Source of the DNA: Clostridia bacterium
Lineage (GTDB): Bacteria > Bacillota > Clostridia > Christensenellales > UBA3700
Reading direction: 5' to 3'
Assembly (NCBI GenBank): GCA_029060025.1
Contig: JAIDUV010000049.1
Coordinates: 8,904-72,903, forward strand
DNA length: 64,000 nt
Within the stretch, counting starts at the first letter, position 1, and every line of letters begins with the position of its first letter. A program made the translations under genes and the position numbers. Of the stretch, positions 9,172 through 18,195 are shown piece after piece. A model generated the notes under the pieces. That model saw only the letters and a program-made list of their open reading frames with translations, had not been told where the DNA came from and made no database searches.

Positions 9172-9253
9172 GCCATTGACGCTCGCACAAGACGCAACAT
9201 TGCTTGCTCGCTATGCCGTCACTACGTTCCTTACGAGCGCAGTCGAGAAATCT
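9172..9253 (+). repeat. Composite ~80-nt repeat (type B head + spacer + type A short form)
   Basis: gccattgacgctcgcacaagacgc...cttgctcgctatgccgtcactacgttccttacgagcgcagtcgagaaatct. Nearly identical to 23265-23344. Confidence 0.85.
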
Positions 9254-9273
9254 AATCAGTAGTTTAAAACGCT

Positions 9274-9876
9274 TTAATCTCTGTCTTCGTCAAAGTACGT
9301 TGCCATAATATCTGCAATATGTACCAGTGTAGCAAATGGAAATTGCGAAAATGCTTTGCTTATAGAAAAGTCTCCGCCCACTACGCGCTTGTCAAAGCCG
9401 CCCATATGCCAATTGATAGCCATTGCCTCTTCTCTTGTAAGACGCATAAATCCGCTTATCATATACACCGACTTTTCGCCGTGTCCGTACGGCAACTTTT
9501 CGTCGACGGTATAATAAGGCACTTGCTCCCAAGTCCCAAACTCGTTCTTGACGTTGCGAAGCGAAACCTTATAATAATCTACTTTGCACAAGTCGTGCAA
9601 CAACGTGGAAATTGCGATACTCTCCGCCGACACGTTCTTAAAAAGCGAATCTTCTTTCTTATTTTCGTTTTCAATAAGTTCGACTGCTCTGTCATAGACG
9701 TTGAGGGAGTGGTCGCACAGACCTCCCAAGACAGCATTGTGGAATTTAGAACTTGCAGGCGCAACAAAAAAATCACTGTCGCACAGCCATTTAAGAAGTT
9801 TGTCACTGCCTTCTCTTTTGATGTTTTCTTCATAAATCTGCAGAAATCTTGCCTTGTTGAGTTCTACGTCTACCAT
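9274..9876 (-). CDS. HD-domain phosphohydrolase
   Basis: 200 aa. FHNAVLGGLCDHSL and LLHDLCKV match the H...HD metal-binding pattern. Confidence 0.7.
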   Translation of the reverse strand: MVDVELNKARFLQIYEENIKREGSDKLLKWLCDSDFFVAPASSKFHNAVLGGLCDHSLNVYDRAVELIENENKKEDSLFKNVSAESIAISTLLHDLCKVDYYKVSLRNVKNEFGTWEQVPYYTVDEKLPYGHGEKSVYMISGFMRLTREEAMAINWHMGGFDKRVVGGDFSISKAFSQFPFATLVHIADIMATYFDEDRD

Positions 9877-9947
9877 AATTGCCTCGCCAAAAAATACTAT
9901 GCTTTAATTATATGTTTTTAAATATTAAATGTCAACCAAGCGCCGAC

Positions 9948-9974
9948 GTCATTTTGAACGCAGTCGAGAAATCT
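9948..9974 (+). repeat. REP-like unit, short form
   Basis: gtcattttgaacgcagtcgagaaatct. Confidence 0.8.
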
Positions 9975-10087
9975 ACTTCTTTTACTTGTCGTCCCAATAG
10001 TAGCAAACATTTGTTATACTTGATTCTGACTTGCATTGTCGACGCAAATATAATATAATATTTGAAAAATTAAGGAGAATAAAAATA

Positions 10088-10456
10088 ATGAAGATAGAAA
10101 AAATAAATCAAAATAATATCAACGTGGCAAATATTATTGCTGACGAAATTGTAATAAATGACTTACAAAGCGCCATTGATCTAATGATGACAGTAAAATA
10201 TGAAACAGGCATTAAAAATATTGCCATTTCAAAAGATTTAATCACAGATAAATTTTTTATATTAAGTAGCGGAATTGCAGGAGAAATTTTGCAAAAATTT
10301 ATCAATTATCAGTTCCGTATTGCAATCTTTGGAGATTATACAAAATACACTAGCAAACCGTTAAAAGATTTTATATACGAAAGCAATAATGGACAAGACG
10401 TATTTTTTGTCGACAATTTAGAAGACGCAATAAATAAATTGACCGTGACAAACTAA
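10088..10456 (+). CDS. DUF4180-like protein
   Basis: Start moved to ATG 10088 (RBS aaggag 8 nt upstream). FFILSSGIAGEILQKFINY...KDFIYESNNGQDVFFV resembles the DUF4180 family. Confidence 0.55.
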   Translation: MKIEKINQNNINVANIIADEIVINDLQSAIDLMMTVKYETGIKNIAISKDLITDKFFILSSGIAGEILQKFINYQFRIAIFGDYTKYTSKPLKDFIYESNNGQDVFFVDNLEDAINKLTVTN

Positions 10457-10472
10457 CTTGATAAATAAAAGT

Positions 10473-11492
10473 TTACGCTACCCCACGTATAAAGTCTATC
10501 CAAGGAAAATCTTCTTTTGACGGGACTTTAGGCGTGTCGTCTTGAGCAGGCTTTTTGCGAGTAATTTTGCCTTGCACAGGCAAGTAGTTATCCTTTCGCA
10601 ATTCTTTTTGGAAAATGATTTTGCCGTCCTGCACGTACTCAATTATTGCTCTCGACTTATAGCCGACACTGCTCTTTTTCGTCTCGACGTATTCGCCGTC
10701 ACTATCTTGCTTGATTTCCCCGGAAAGTTCTTCCGACCATTCTATAATCGGCTCTGGAGGCTGCAAAACCTCGGTAATCTCACTGCGTAAATTTATCTTA
10801 TACGGCAACGGATGTCCGTATATGTCAAAATATACTTTTTTATCCTTAGTATATCCGTTGACTATTACGTCGTAATTGCTGTCATTGAGCAATACTAAGT
10901 CAATAAATTCGCTTACGGTAGCGTCTTGCGAAAGTCCGCAATAAGAAGACGGCAAAGAGTGCGACTGTACGGATTGAGCGGACATACCTGCCCTTATCCA
11001 AGCATTATACAGCGTAGTCGACACTTGACAAACTCCGCCACCTACGCCCTCGGTGTATTCGCCGTTGAGAATAACTTTCGCGTTTTTGTATCCCCTCTCT
11101 TCGCTCCTCAAACCTACCACGGTATTGAAAGACAGTGTCTCTCCTTTCTTTACGACGAGCCAGCAAAAATTACTGCTTGCCAACGCCACGTTGTGAGCGC
11201 GTTCTTCCTTAGACGTAGAATAATCTGTGTTAAAAGAACTGACAAGTTGCATTTTTGGCGAAAAGCCGTAGGGATTTGGACTGCTCATTGCAGCAATTGC
11301 CTGCATTTTTTGCCCTGCGTATAACAATACTCCGCCGACTGTAATCATAATTAAAGCGACGCAAATGAAAATTAAAAATATGCAGATATATATTTTCCTA
11401 CGACTTTTCACACTAATATTTTGTGAATGAGGAATAATTATATTCTGCATAATTTTGGCAAACTTAGGGTTGCAATTCTTTGATTTTATCAA
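10473..11492 (-). CDS. VanW-family protein
   Basis: N-terminal TM segment, then GGGVCQVSTTLYNA, the VanW-domain signature. The true start may be the internal Met at 11450. Confidence 0.8.
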   Translation of the reverse strand: MIKSKNCNPKFAKIMQNIIIPHSQNISVKSRRKIYICIFLIFICVALIMITVGGVLLYAGQKMQAIAAMSSPNPYGFSPKMQLVSSFNTDYSTSKEERAHNVALASSNFCWLVVKKGETLSFNTVVGLRSEERGYKNAKVILNGEYTEGVGGGVCQVSTTLYNAWIRAGMSAQSVQSHSLPSSYCGLSQDATVSEFIDLVLLNDSNYDVIVNGYTKDKKVYFDIYGHPLPYKINLRSEITEVLQPPEPIIEWSEELSGEIKQDSDGEYVETKKSSVGYKSRAIIEYVQDGKIIFQKELRKDNYLPVQGKITRKKPAQDDTPKVPSKEDFPWIDFIRGVA

Positions 11493-12117
11493 ACAATTCT
11501 TTCGGTGTATGAACTATAATATTTGCTCCCGCATCGACTAGTTGAGCGTGGGTTCTAAATCCCCAATCTACCGCAATCAAGGTCATACCGCAGTTGCCTG
11601 CAAACTCGCAATCTACTTCGCTGTCTCCCACGTATATTATTCCGTCACAGGAAAGTCCATTCTCCTTGCAAGCAAGGTCAAACAAATCTGAGTTGGGCTT
11701 TGCAGGAATATCGTCGCGAGAGCCGTACGCCGCGTCGAATATATCACCAAAAAAGCGCTTTGCCAAGTCCTTGGTTGCACCGTCGTATTTGTTGGAAATC
11801 AACACAAGTTTGAATCCGTCGGCTTTGAGCATTTGCAATGTATCGACAATGCCGTCAAACGGCTTCGTCGTGTCGGTTTTGTGAGCGTCGTAATAATCTT
11901 TGAATATCTCTCTGCACTTCTCCAACTCGACTTCGTCTTTGCAATTCATAAGGTCGCGCAATAAGTTGCGTATTCCGTGACCTATTGCCGCTCTCACTGT
12001 CTCCACGCACTGCTTGGGATATCCCAACTTAGCAAGCGCGTAATTTGCCGACTTGGCAAGGTCGGGCAGAGTATCAAGCACTGTGCCATCTAAATCAAAA
12101 AAAACTATCTTTTGCAT
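11464..12117 (-). CDS. HAD-superfamily hydrolase (phosphoglycolate phosphatase-like)
   Basis: 217 aa. FFDLDGTVLDT (motif I), ISNK (motif II), YVGDSEVD (motif IV). Confidence 0.8.
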   Translation of the reverse strand: MQKIVFFDLDGTVLDTLPDLAKSANYALAKLGYPKQCVETVRAAIGHGIRNLLRDLMNCKDEVELEKCREIFKDYYDAHKTDTTKPFDGIVDTLQMLKADGFKLVLISNKYDGATKDLAKRFFGDIFDAAYGSRDDIPAKPNSDLFDLACKENGLSCDGIIYVGDSEVDCEFAGNCGMTLIAVDWGFRTHAQLVDAGANIIVHTPKELFDKIKELQP

Positions 12118-12146
12118 AAATCCTTAAAATATTTATCCTATTTTAT

Positions 12147-12211
12147 GTCACTGCAACAATATTTTGTCACTGCGACTATATTATGTCATTTCGAGCGTAG
12201 TCGAGAAATCT
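12147..12211 (+). repeat. REP-like array: two head-only copies plus one complete short unit at 19-nt spacing
   Basis: gtcactgcaac (12147), gtcactgcgac (12166), then gtcatttcgagcgtagtcgagaaatct (12185-12211). Confidence 0.7.
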
Positions 12212-12218
12212 AATCCGC

Positions 12219-12821
12219 TTATTCCGCGTTGATTATCAACAATACGTATCCCTCTTTGACTTCTATCTCGCAGTCGCCGTCCAACAATTCGTTGCTCACG
12301 CCGAGAGGAAAAGTATTTGTCAAAGTCGCATCAGTCAAAGGGTATTTGCCATTTTTAATATACACTCCCTTTGCCGCATCAAAAGCAAACAGCGAAAAGG
12401 TCTGCCCTTTTCTTCCGCAGATAGTGCTTTTGCCTGTCACGACTTGCGCAATACAGTCTTTGCCTATCAAAGTGACTTTTACGCCTTTTTTTGCAAACTC
12501 GTAAGCGCATTGCAAATTGGCAAGCGTATGATCCAGTCTACCGCCCAACGCTCCATACACTTCAAATTCGTCGCAGCCTCTTCTGCGCGCCTCGTCAAAG
12601 GCGAGATACATATCGGTATAATCCTTGATAGGGTCGTGTCGCAGCGTAGCAATTCCCTCGGGAATATACCCAAGGGAATCAAAATCTCCTACTGCCAAGT
12701 CCACTCGGCATAAATCTTTGATATGAGCGTAACCGCCGTCTACGGCAATCACGATGTCTTGCTCTCCGACGCAAAATTGCTCGGCGCAAAACTCGCCGTT
12801 ACCCACAAACACGCATTTCAT
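12219..12821 (-). CDS. thiN: Thiamine pyrophosphokinase
   Basis: 200 aa. AVDGG...GDFDS...DHTLANL pattern of TPK. Confidence 0.8.
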   Translation of the reverse strand: MKCVFVGNGEFCAEQFCVGEQDIVIAVDGGYAHIKDLCRVDLAVGDFDSLGYIPEGIATLRHDPIKDYTDMYLAFDEARRRGCDEFEVYGALGGRLDHTLANLQCAYEFAKKGVKVTLIGKDCIAQVVTGKSTICGRKGQTFSLFAFDAAKGVYIKNGKYPLTDATLTNTFPLGVSNELLDGDCEIEVKEGYVLLIINAE

Positions 12822-12824
12822 AGA

Positions 12825-14066
12825 TTACTCTTGCTCGCTCTTGTTTGCGCTTTCGCTCTTAGGCGGACACACCTGTCTGAACATATTCTCAAGGTCTTTT
12901 TTGTTCATAAACTTAGGCACCGGATAAAGCGGATGCGCTTCTGCATACGCTCTATCGACCATTGTAGGCAGGTCTTTTTCTTCCACTACGTTCTCTATCT
13001 TTTCGGGAATATCCATAGCCTTATTCATATCTTTAATAGCCTGAATAAACTTCTTTGCCTTGACTTCTGCGCTGTCTCCGTCAATGCCGACAATATCTGC
13101 GAGTTTAGCAAGTTTTTTATAGATACTGCTGCCAAACCAATCGAGTATATGCGGAAGTATCACAGAATTTGCAAGTCCGTGCGGGGTGTGATAAAAACCG
13201 CCCATCGTATGCGCCATTGCGTGAACGTAACCTACATACGCTCTCGTAAACGCAGCGCCTGCATAAAAAGCGCCTTTGAGCATATTTTCTCTCGCTTCTA
13301 GGTTTTGACCGTCGTTGTACGCCGTGACGAGGTTGTCGAAAATAAGTTTAACAGCCTTCTCCGCATCCGCCTTAGTCTGCTTAGTGTTGCCCTTTCCGAT
13401 ATACGCCTCGACAGCGTGCGTCAAAGCGTCCATACCGGTCGTCGACGTGATATGCTTGGGAAGCCCGGTCGTCAAAGTAGCGTCAAGCAAAGCATACTCG
13501 GGAATAAGCGCGTGATCGTTGATAGCATACTTCTCGTGCGTTTGAGAATTGGTAATTACCGCCGCCAAAGTCGTTTCGCTTCCCGTACCTGCCGTCGTAG
13601 GTATTGCGACGAGCGTAGGAAGTTTTTTACCGACTTTGAGTATTCCCTTCATTTGCGGAATCTGCTTGTTTGGCTTTGCCACTCTTGCGCCCACTGCTTT
13701 TGCGCAGTCCATAGACGAGCCGCCGCCAAGAGCAATAATACACTGACACTTCTCGTCTTTATACATCTGCAAAGCCTGCTCGACAATATCTATCGTAGGA
13801 TTGGGACATACCTCGCTGAACAGCGCGCAATGCAATCCAACTTTCTCGCAACCGTCGATAATTGGCTGCGGCATACCCAACTTCATAAGCATAGGGTCTG
13901 TGACGAGCAAGACGCTGTCAAATCCCTTGTCCTTAATAAACTTGGGCAAATCTGCAATGCCGCCTTCTAAATTGAGAAGTTGAGGTTGACGCCATTTTAA
14001 AAACGGCGAAACGATATATATCGTCTTTTGATAAGTTCTGTACCAGGCTTTTTGGAAAATATTCAT
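12825..14066 (-). CDS. Iron-containing alcohol dehydrogenase
   Basis: 413 aa. GGGSSMDCAK and HAMAHTMGGFYHTPHG metal-binding His cluster. Confidence 0.85.
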   Translation of the reverse strand: MNIFQKAWYRTYQKTIYIVSPFLKWRQPQLLNLEGGIADLPKFIKDKGFDSVLLVTDPMLMKLGMPQPIIDGCEKVGLHCALFSEVCPNPTIDIVEQALQMYKDEKCQCIIALGGGSSMDCAKAVGARVAKPNKQIPQMKGILKVGKKLPTLVAIPTTAGTGSETTLAAVITNSQTHEKYAINDHALIPEYALLDATLTTGLPKHITSTTGMDALTHAVEAYIGKGNTKQTKADAEKAVKLIFDNLVTAYNDGQNLEARENMLKGAFYAGAAFTRAYVGYVHAMAHTMGGFYHTPHGLANSVILPHILDWFGSSIYKKLAKLADIVGIDGDSAEVKAKKFIQAIKDMNKAMDIPEKIENVVEEKDLPTMVDRAYAEAHPLYPVPKFMNKKDLENMFRQVCPPKSESANKSEQE

Positions 14067-14208
14067 AAAATGCTCCTTGAATTGCTTTATGTAAAATCTG
14101 TATTTAAATTATACGTCTTAGCGACGCAAAAAGTCAAACGATATACCCATAATCAAAAGCGCGCAATACGTTTTTTTATTTTTAATAAATTTTTCTATTT
14201 ATTTTTAC

Positions 14209-14227
14209 AAATTCAGTTAAAATTCAG
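14209..14227 (+). promoter_or_regulatory. 11-bp-phased direct repeat AAATTCAG x2 (candidate OmpR-type response-regulator site)
   Basis: AAATTCAGtta AAATTCAGcgc sits about 15 nt upstream of a weak -10-like TGATAGT (14242-14248) and about 50 nt upstream of the 1269-aa lipoprotein ATG. Confidence 0.3.
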
Positions 14228-14275
14228 CGCCGCAATCAAAAATGATAGTGAACCAAATTATAAAGGAGGCATATT

Positions 14276-17200
14276 ATGAAAAAATCAAAACTGACGCTAT
14301 TGTGCATAATGCTGATTATGGCAATTACTTTTGCCAGCGTATTCCTTGTAAGTTGTAACGACGACAACGGCAATGACCCCGCTAAGCAAGAAGCAATAAT
14401 TACCGCAAGTCTAATACAACAATATAAATACGACGGCAACGTGCACAACGTACAGGCAAAACTTAACCACGATGAGGCAACTTTGACTTATTCGCCCCAA
14501 CAAGGTTATACGGAAGTTGGCAATTACGAAATTACCATTTCTGCGCCTGAAACAAAAAATTATAACGCGGCTTCGCTCAAAGTCTTATTGAAGATAGTAA
14601 GCAACGAGGAGAAACCCGTCGACTCTGTTATGACTCGCTGGCAAGACTTATTGAGTGACGTCAAGGAGGTCTTCTCCGTCGATAAAGGAGACGTCAAGGT
14701 CAATATCAAAACCGAAGCCAATTTGACACCAAATAAAGGTGACGTAAGCAAATTCAAATTCGACGCCGTAGGCAATCTCGACTTGGCAAACAACACCGAC
14801 AACAAGACGAATTTCCACGTAAATTTTGCAATTGACGAAAATCAATACGGCTTATATATCCAAAACGGCGGTACGTATCTCAAACTTAACGACGATATAT
14901 TCTATCTAAATAATGCCGATATTATGTCACTTTTGACTCAAAATTCCTCAACGACGACTCCTGAAGACAGCGATTCGTCTTTGGTAGACGCAATAATCGA
15001 TCTTTTGCCGCTGGCGCTCTTCTCCAAATTGGACGACATAACCAATACGGACGGCGTATGGACCGTGTCTCTTGACTTAACGAGTATATGGGCTAAAGTT
15101 GAATTGTTAGTGTTGCCAATAGTCGGAAAAGACGTCTTGAGCCAAGAGAATATCAAATTTTTGGACGACTTTTTCAACGCAAACCAAATGACGTTTAAAT
15201 TGGAACTTGATTTCAATACTGTAAATTCCTTAACTGCAAAAGCCCAACTTAATATTGCTACATATGGCGCTTTCAAAGCCAACGTAACTGCAATGGAAAT
15301 TGCAAACGGCTCTTTTGACAACGTAGAAGGCGCGCTTACGCAGTCTCAAATGGAGAGCGCAAAGGCAATCAACGCCGCCAACGCGCAAATTCAAGGCACG
15401 CTCGCACTTGTAAACAAAAGCGGAGAGACTTACGAGCATCTCAATTGGAAGTTAGTAGCGGATATAGATCCTTTTGCATTGGCGCAAGCAATCAAAGCGG
15501 CGTCTGAAAGCCAAGACACTATGAGTTGGCTCAACGACGAAAACGTGCGCAATATGAAGGTATATTTCTCTTTGTATCACGAGCACCAAGCAGGAGACAG
15601 TGTAGCGTGCACGGATGTTATGTGCCCCACAAGAGCAGGCGGTATGGAAGATACGACTATTCTTGACGTCGCGTTCGACCCGCAAAATTTCGGTGACAGC
15701 AAAATTTATCTCGCGGCAAATTTGAGCAGAATTTTCTCGCAAAAATCTTTTACTACAACTTTGCAAAATCTCAACAGCCTTATCAACACTATGGCAGGCT
15801 CAAAATTGACCGGACTTCTCAACGAGAACTTCTTTACGGCAATTGATTTAACAAAGACGATAGTAAGTTCTGACAGCGAGCCCGATGAACCAAGCAATCC
15901 CGACGACGACAAATTGGATATCAAGGCTCTTATCAATCCTATAGTTGATTTATTGACAAAGGGACTCCAAATTCAAAACAACGCTATTACTCTTGATATG
16001 GAGCAGACTTACGCTTTGCTCGACAGTATATTGGATTTAAATACTTTGATAAATATCAATATAGAGAATATGATCAAAATCAATGCGACCAACGTAAAAG
16101 ACGCATTGTTCAAAGGCATTCTCTCGCCTGACGACGAAAGCGAAACAGACAAGGCATTCAATTCTATATCTTTGGGCATAACGTCGATTGAATACGGCAA
16201 TGCCGAGAATTTCAACTGCAAAGAAGCAATTACTCACGACCCGATCGACGCGTCAAAAGAGCGTGCTTTCGGAGGAAGCAAGCCGCTTTCGCTTGACAAT
16301 GCCAACGCAAAGACCACCGGCAGAGTCTTCAACACCAAGCAGACTTACGACGACTATACCGCAGCAGGCGGCATACACGTAACTTTGGAAGAACTCAACG
16401 CAGACGTCGTAGGCAAACTTATCGAATATACTTATACCGCAATGGACGGTCAAACCTATACAGCGTATACTCAAATCATCGCTTATGAGGGTCTTGACAC
16501 GACAAAACTCGACGTTCCGCAGACCATCAAGGCAATCGTATTGCCTCTTGACGGCAAAGGCGGTCTGTTTAGCGACCTCTTGTGGTCAATACTCCACTCT
16601 CTCGGATCGGGCGGTCTTATCGCGGGCTTCTTGCCAAGCAATATAACCATACCTTTCAGAGCCGACGTAATAGATATGCAAATCACGTTGACCGAAGTGG
16701 AAAGCGCAGAGTTTAATCTCAATATCCCGCTTGAAGACGAGTTCTTGCTCACTCCGTACGAATACGACAATACGGCGAAGTTGGATATGAGCAAATACCT
16801 CGGCGGAACTATTGATCTCGTATACACCGACGGCTTCAAGCGCACAATTACGGCAAGTTGCTCAAATGACTTAGTTAGCGATAAATTCCTCGTCAACGAC
16901 GGCAACGAATACACTATCACATTGAGCCACTACTCTATGCCTGACATCAAGCAAGACTTCAAAGTTCAAGCCAAGTCTCCCGAAAAGCCTTCTTTGATCA
17001 TCAACAGCGACGGCGGCATATCCGTATTGACTTACGGAGTTACGCAAGACCTTACGCTTGAAGTAGTAGTCAAAGCAAGTTCTTTATCTTCCGCAAAAGA
17101 AGTACCGTCGACGGATTACATAATAACTATTGGCGGAAAATCTCTTGACGAAATTGTTATCAATTCCGACGGCGTAGAGTTCTTTGAACTTGCGAAGAAT

Positions 17201-18085
17201 TCTGACGACGTGAAGATCAACTTCAAGCAAAGCGTAGCAAAGATGACGTCTGCCACCGCATACTTCTCGCTGAAATACAGCGACGGAACGACAAGCGCAG
17301 AGACGAGATATACCAAGTACTTTACCAAAGTAGCGCAAGAGGCAATTTGGGCAAGTATGAGCGGCATCAGCGACCTTGGCGCAAACCTCAACGGCAAACT
17401 CACCTACACTTATTGGACGGAAGAAGACGACGAATTTGCAGACGCAAGATTGCTCTCGTTGCTCTTTGAAGACGGCAAATACTATATGGTGGACAACGCC
17501 GAAAATCCGACGGTCAAAGTCGAAGTTGATCTCATTGCTTACGACAAAAACGACAAGTCAAAGACGAATATATTGGTAGACGGACTTATCCCGTTTGAAA
17601 AACTCCAAGAAATGTCTTACGACTCGGCAAAGAAAACAAGCAAGACTCCGTCAATAAACATCAGCGCTACCTTCACGGTAGATGGAGCAAAAGTGACGAA
17701 AGAAAAGACTTCGCAAAGTCTTAGCGCGGCGTACAATCTCACCTACATCTACGTTTCCAAAATAGAGTCGGATAAGACGTTTGACGACCTTATGAAATTC
17801 GTAGTGTTGACGCCAAACGGCGAATCTCACGATATGCGTCTTGCTTACAAGAATGGCAAGTACGTATTCTCCGATACGTTTGAGGGTACAAAACTCGGCG
17901 ATATCGAAGTGGAAGTTGTGGCAAATATTGCGCTCACCTCCTCTACGTTAGGAGATGAAATAACCTTGACTGACGGAAAGTTGGGCGCAGATCAAATCGG
18001 CAACAAAGTAACGCTGAGCGTCAAGTTTACTTACGGCGGACGCGAATTCTCGACAGCCGTGGTAACAAACAAAACAGTAGCATAA
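14276..18085 (+). CDS. Giant lipoprotein (1269 aa) with N-terminal MBG-like domain, function unknown
   Basis: RBS aaaggagg. Signal peptide with lipobox FLVSC. YKYDGNVHNVQA...GNYEITISA...NYNAASLKVLLKIV resembles an MBG domain. Central region is paralogous to the 18196-21222 product. The C-terminus holds about two ~120-aa internal repeats (…DGKYYMVDN…VEVDL / …NGKYVFSDT…VEVVA). Confidence 0.8.
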   Translation: MKKSKLTLLCIMLIMAITFASVFLVSCNDDNGNDPAKQEAIITASLIQQYKYDGNVHNVQAKLNHDEATLTYSPQQGYTEVGNYEITISAPETKNYNAASLKVLLKIVSNEEKPVDSVMTRWQDLLSDVKEVFSVDKGDVKVNIKTEANLTPNKGDVSKFKFDAVGNLDLANNTDNKTNFHVNFAIDENQYGLYIQNGGTYLKLNDDIFYLNNADIMSLLTQNSSTTTPEDSDSSLVDAIIDLLPLALFSKLDDITNTDGVWTVSLDLTSIWAKVELLVLPIVGKDVLSQENIKFLDDFFNANQMTFKLELDFNTVNSLTAKAQLNIATYGAFKANVTAMEIANGSFDNVEGALTQSQMESAKAINAANAQIQGTLALVNKSGETYEHLNWKLVADIDPFALAQAIKAASESQDTMSWLNDENVRNMKVYFSLYHEHQAGDSVACTDVMCPTRAGGMEDTTILDVAFDPQNFGDSKIYLAANLSRIFSQKSFTTTLQNLNSLINTMAGSKLTGLLNENFFTAIDLTKTIVSSDSEPDEPSNPDDDKLDIKALINPIVDLLTKGLQIQNNAITLDMEQTYALLDSILDLNTLININIENMIKINATNVKDALFKGILSPDDESETDKAFNSISLGITSIEYGNAENFNCKEAITHDPIDASKERAFGGSKPLSLDNANAKTTGRVFNTKQTYDDYTAAGGIHVTLEELNADVVGKLIEYTYTAMDGQTYTAYTQIIAYEGLDTTKLDVPQTIKAIVLPLDGKGGLFSDLLWSILHSLGSGGLIAGFLPSNITIPFRADVIDMQITLTEVESAEFNLNIPLEDEFLLTPYEYDNTAKLDMSKYLGGTIDLVYTDGFKRTITASCSNDLVSDKFLVNDGNEYTITLSHYSMPDIKQDFKVQAKSPEKPSLIINSDGGISVLTYGVTQDLTLEVVVKASSLSSAKEVPSTDYIITIGGKSLDEIVINSDGVEFFELAKNSDDVKINFKQSVAKMTSATAYFSLKYSDGTTSAETRYTKYFTKVAQEAIWASMSGISDLGANLNGKLTYTYWTEEDDEFADARLLSLLFEDGKYYMVDNAENPTVKVEVDLIAYDKNDKSKTNILVDGLIPFEKLQEMSYDSAKKTSKTPSINISATFTVDGAKVTKEKTSQSLSAAYNLTYIYVSKIESDKTFDDLMKFVVLTPNGESHDMRLAYKNGKYVFSDTFEGTKLGDIEVEVVANIALTSSTLGDEITLTDGKLGADQIGNKVTLSVKFTYGGREFSTAVVTNKTVA

Positions 18086-18152
18086 TTCTTCGCAATGGGG
18101 AATATTTCAAGCATTTCCCTCCGTATTCCCCTTGCAGCAATTCCCACAAAAA

Positions 18153-18178
18153 ACGGCGCGGTCTCACGACTGCGCCGT
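18153..18178. terminator. Bidirectional terminator between the two convergent giant lipoprotein genes
   Basis: ACGGCGC ggtctcacgact GCGCCGT, flanked by an A-run upstream and TTT downstream. Confidence 0.6.
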
Positions 18179-18195
18179 TTATCATTAAACAGTTT

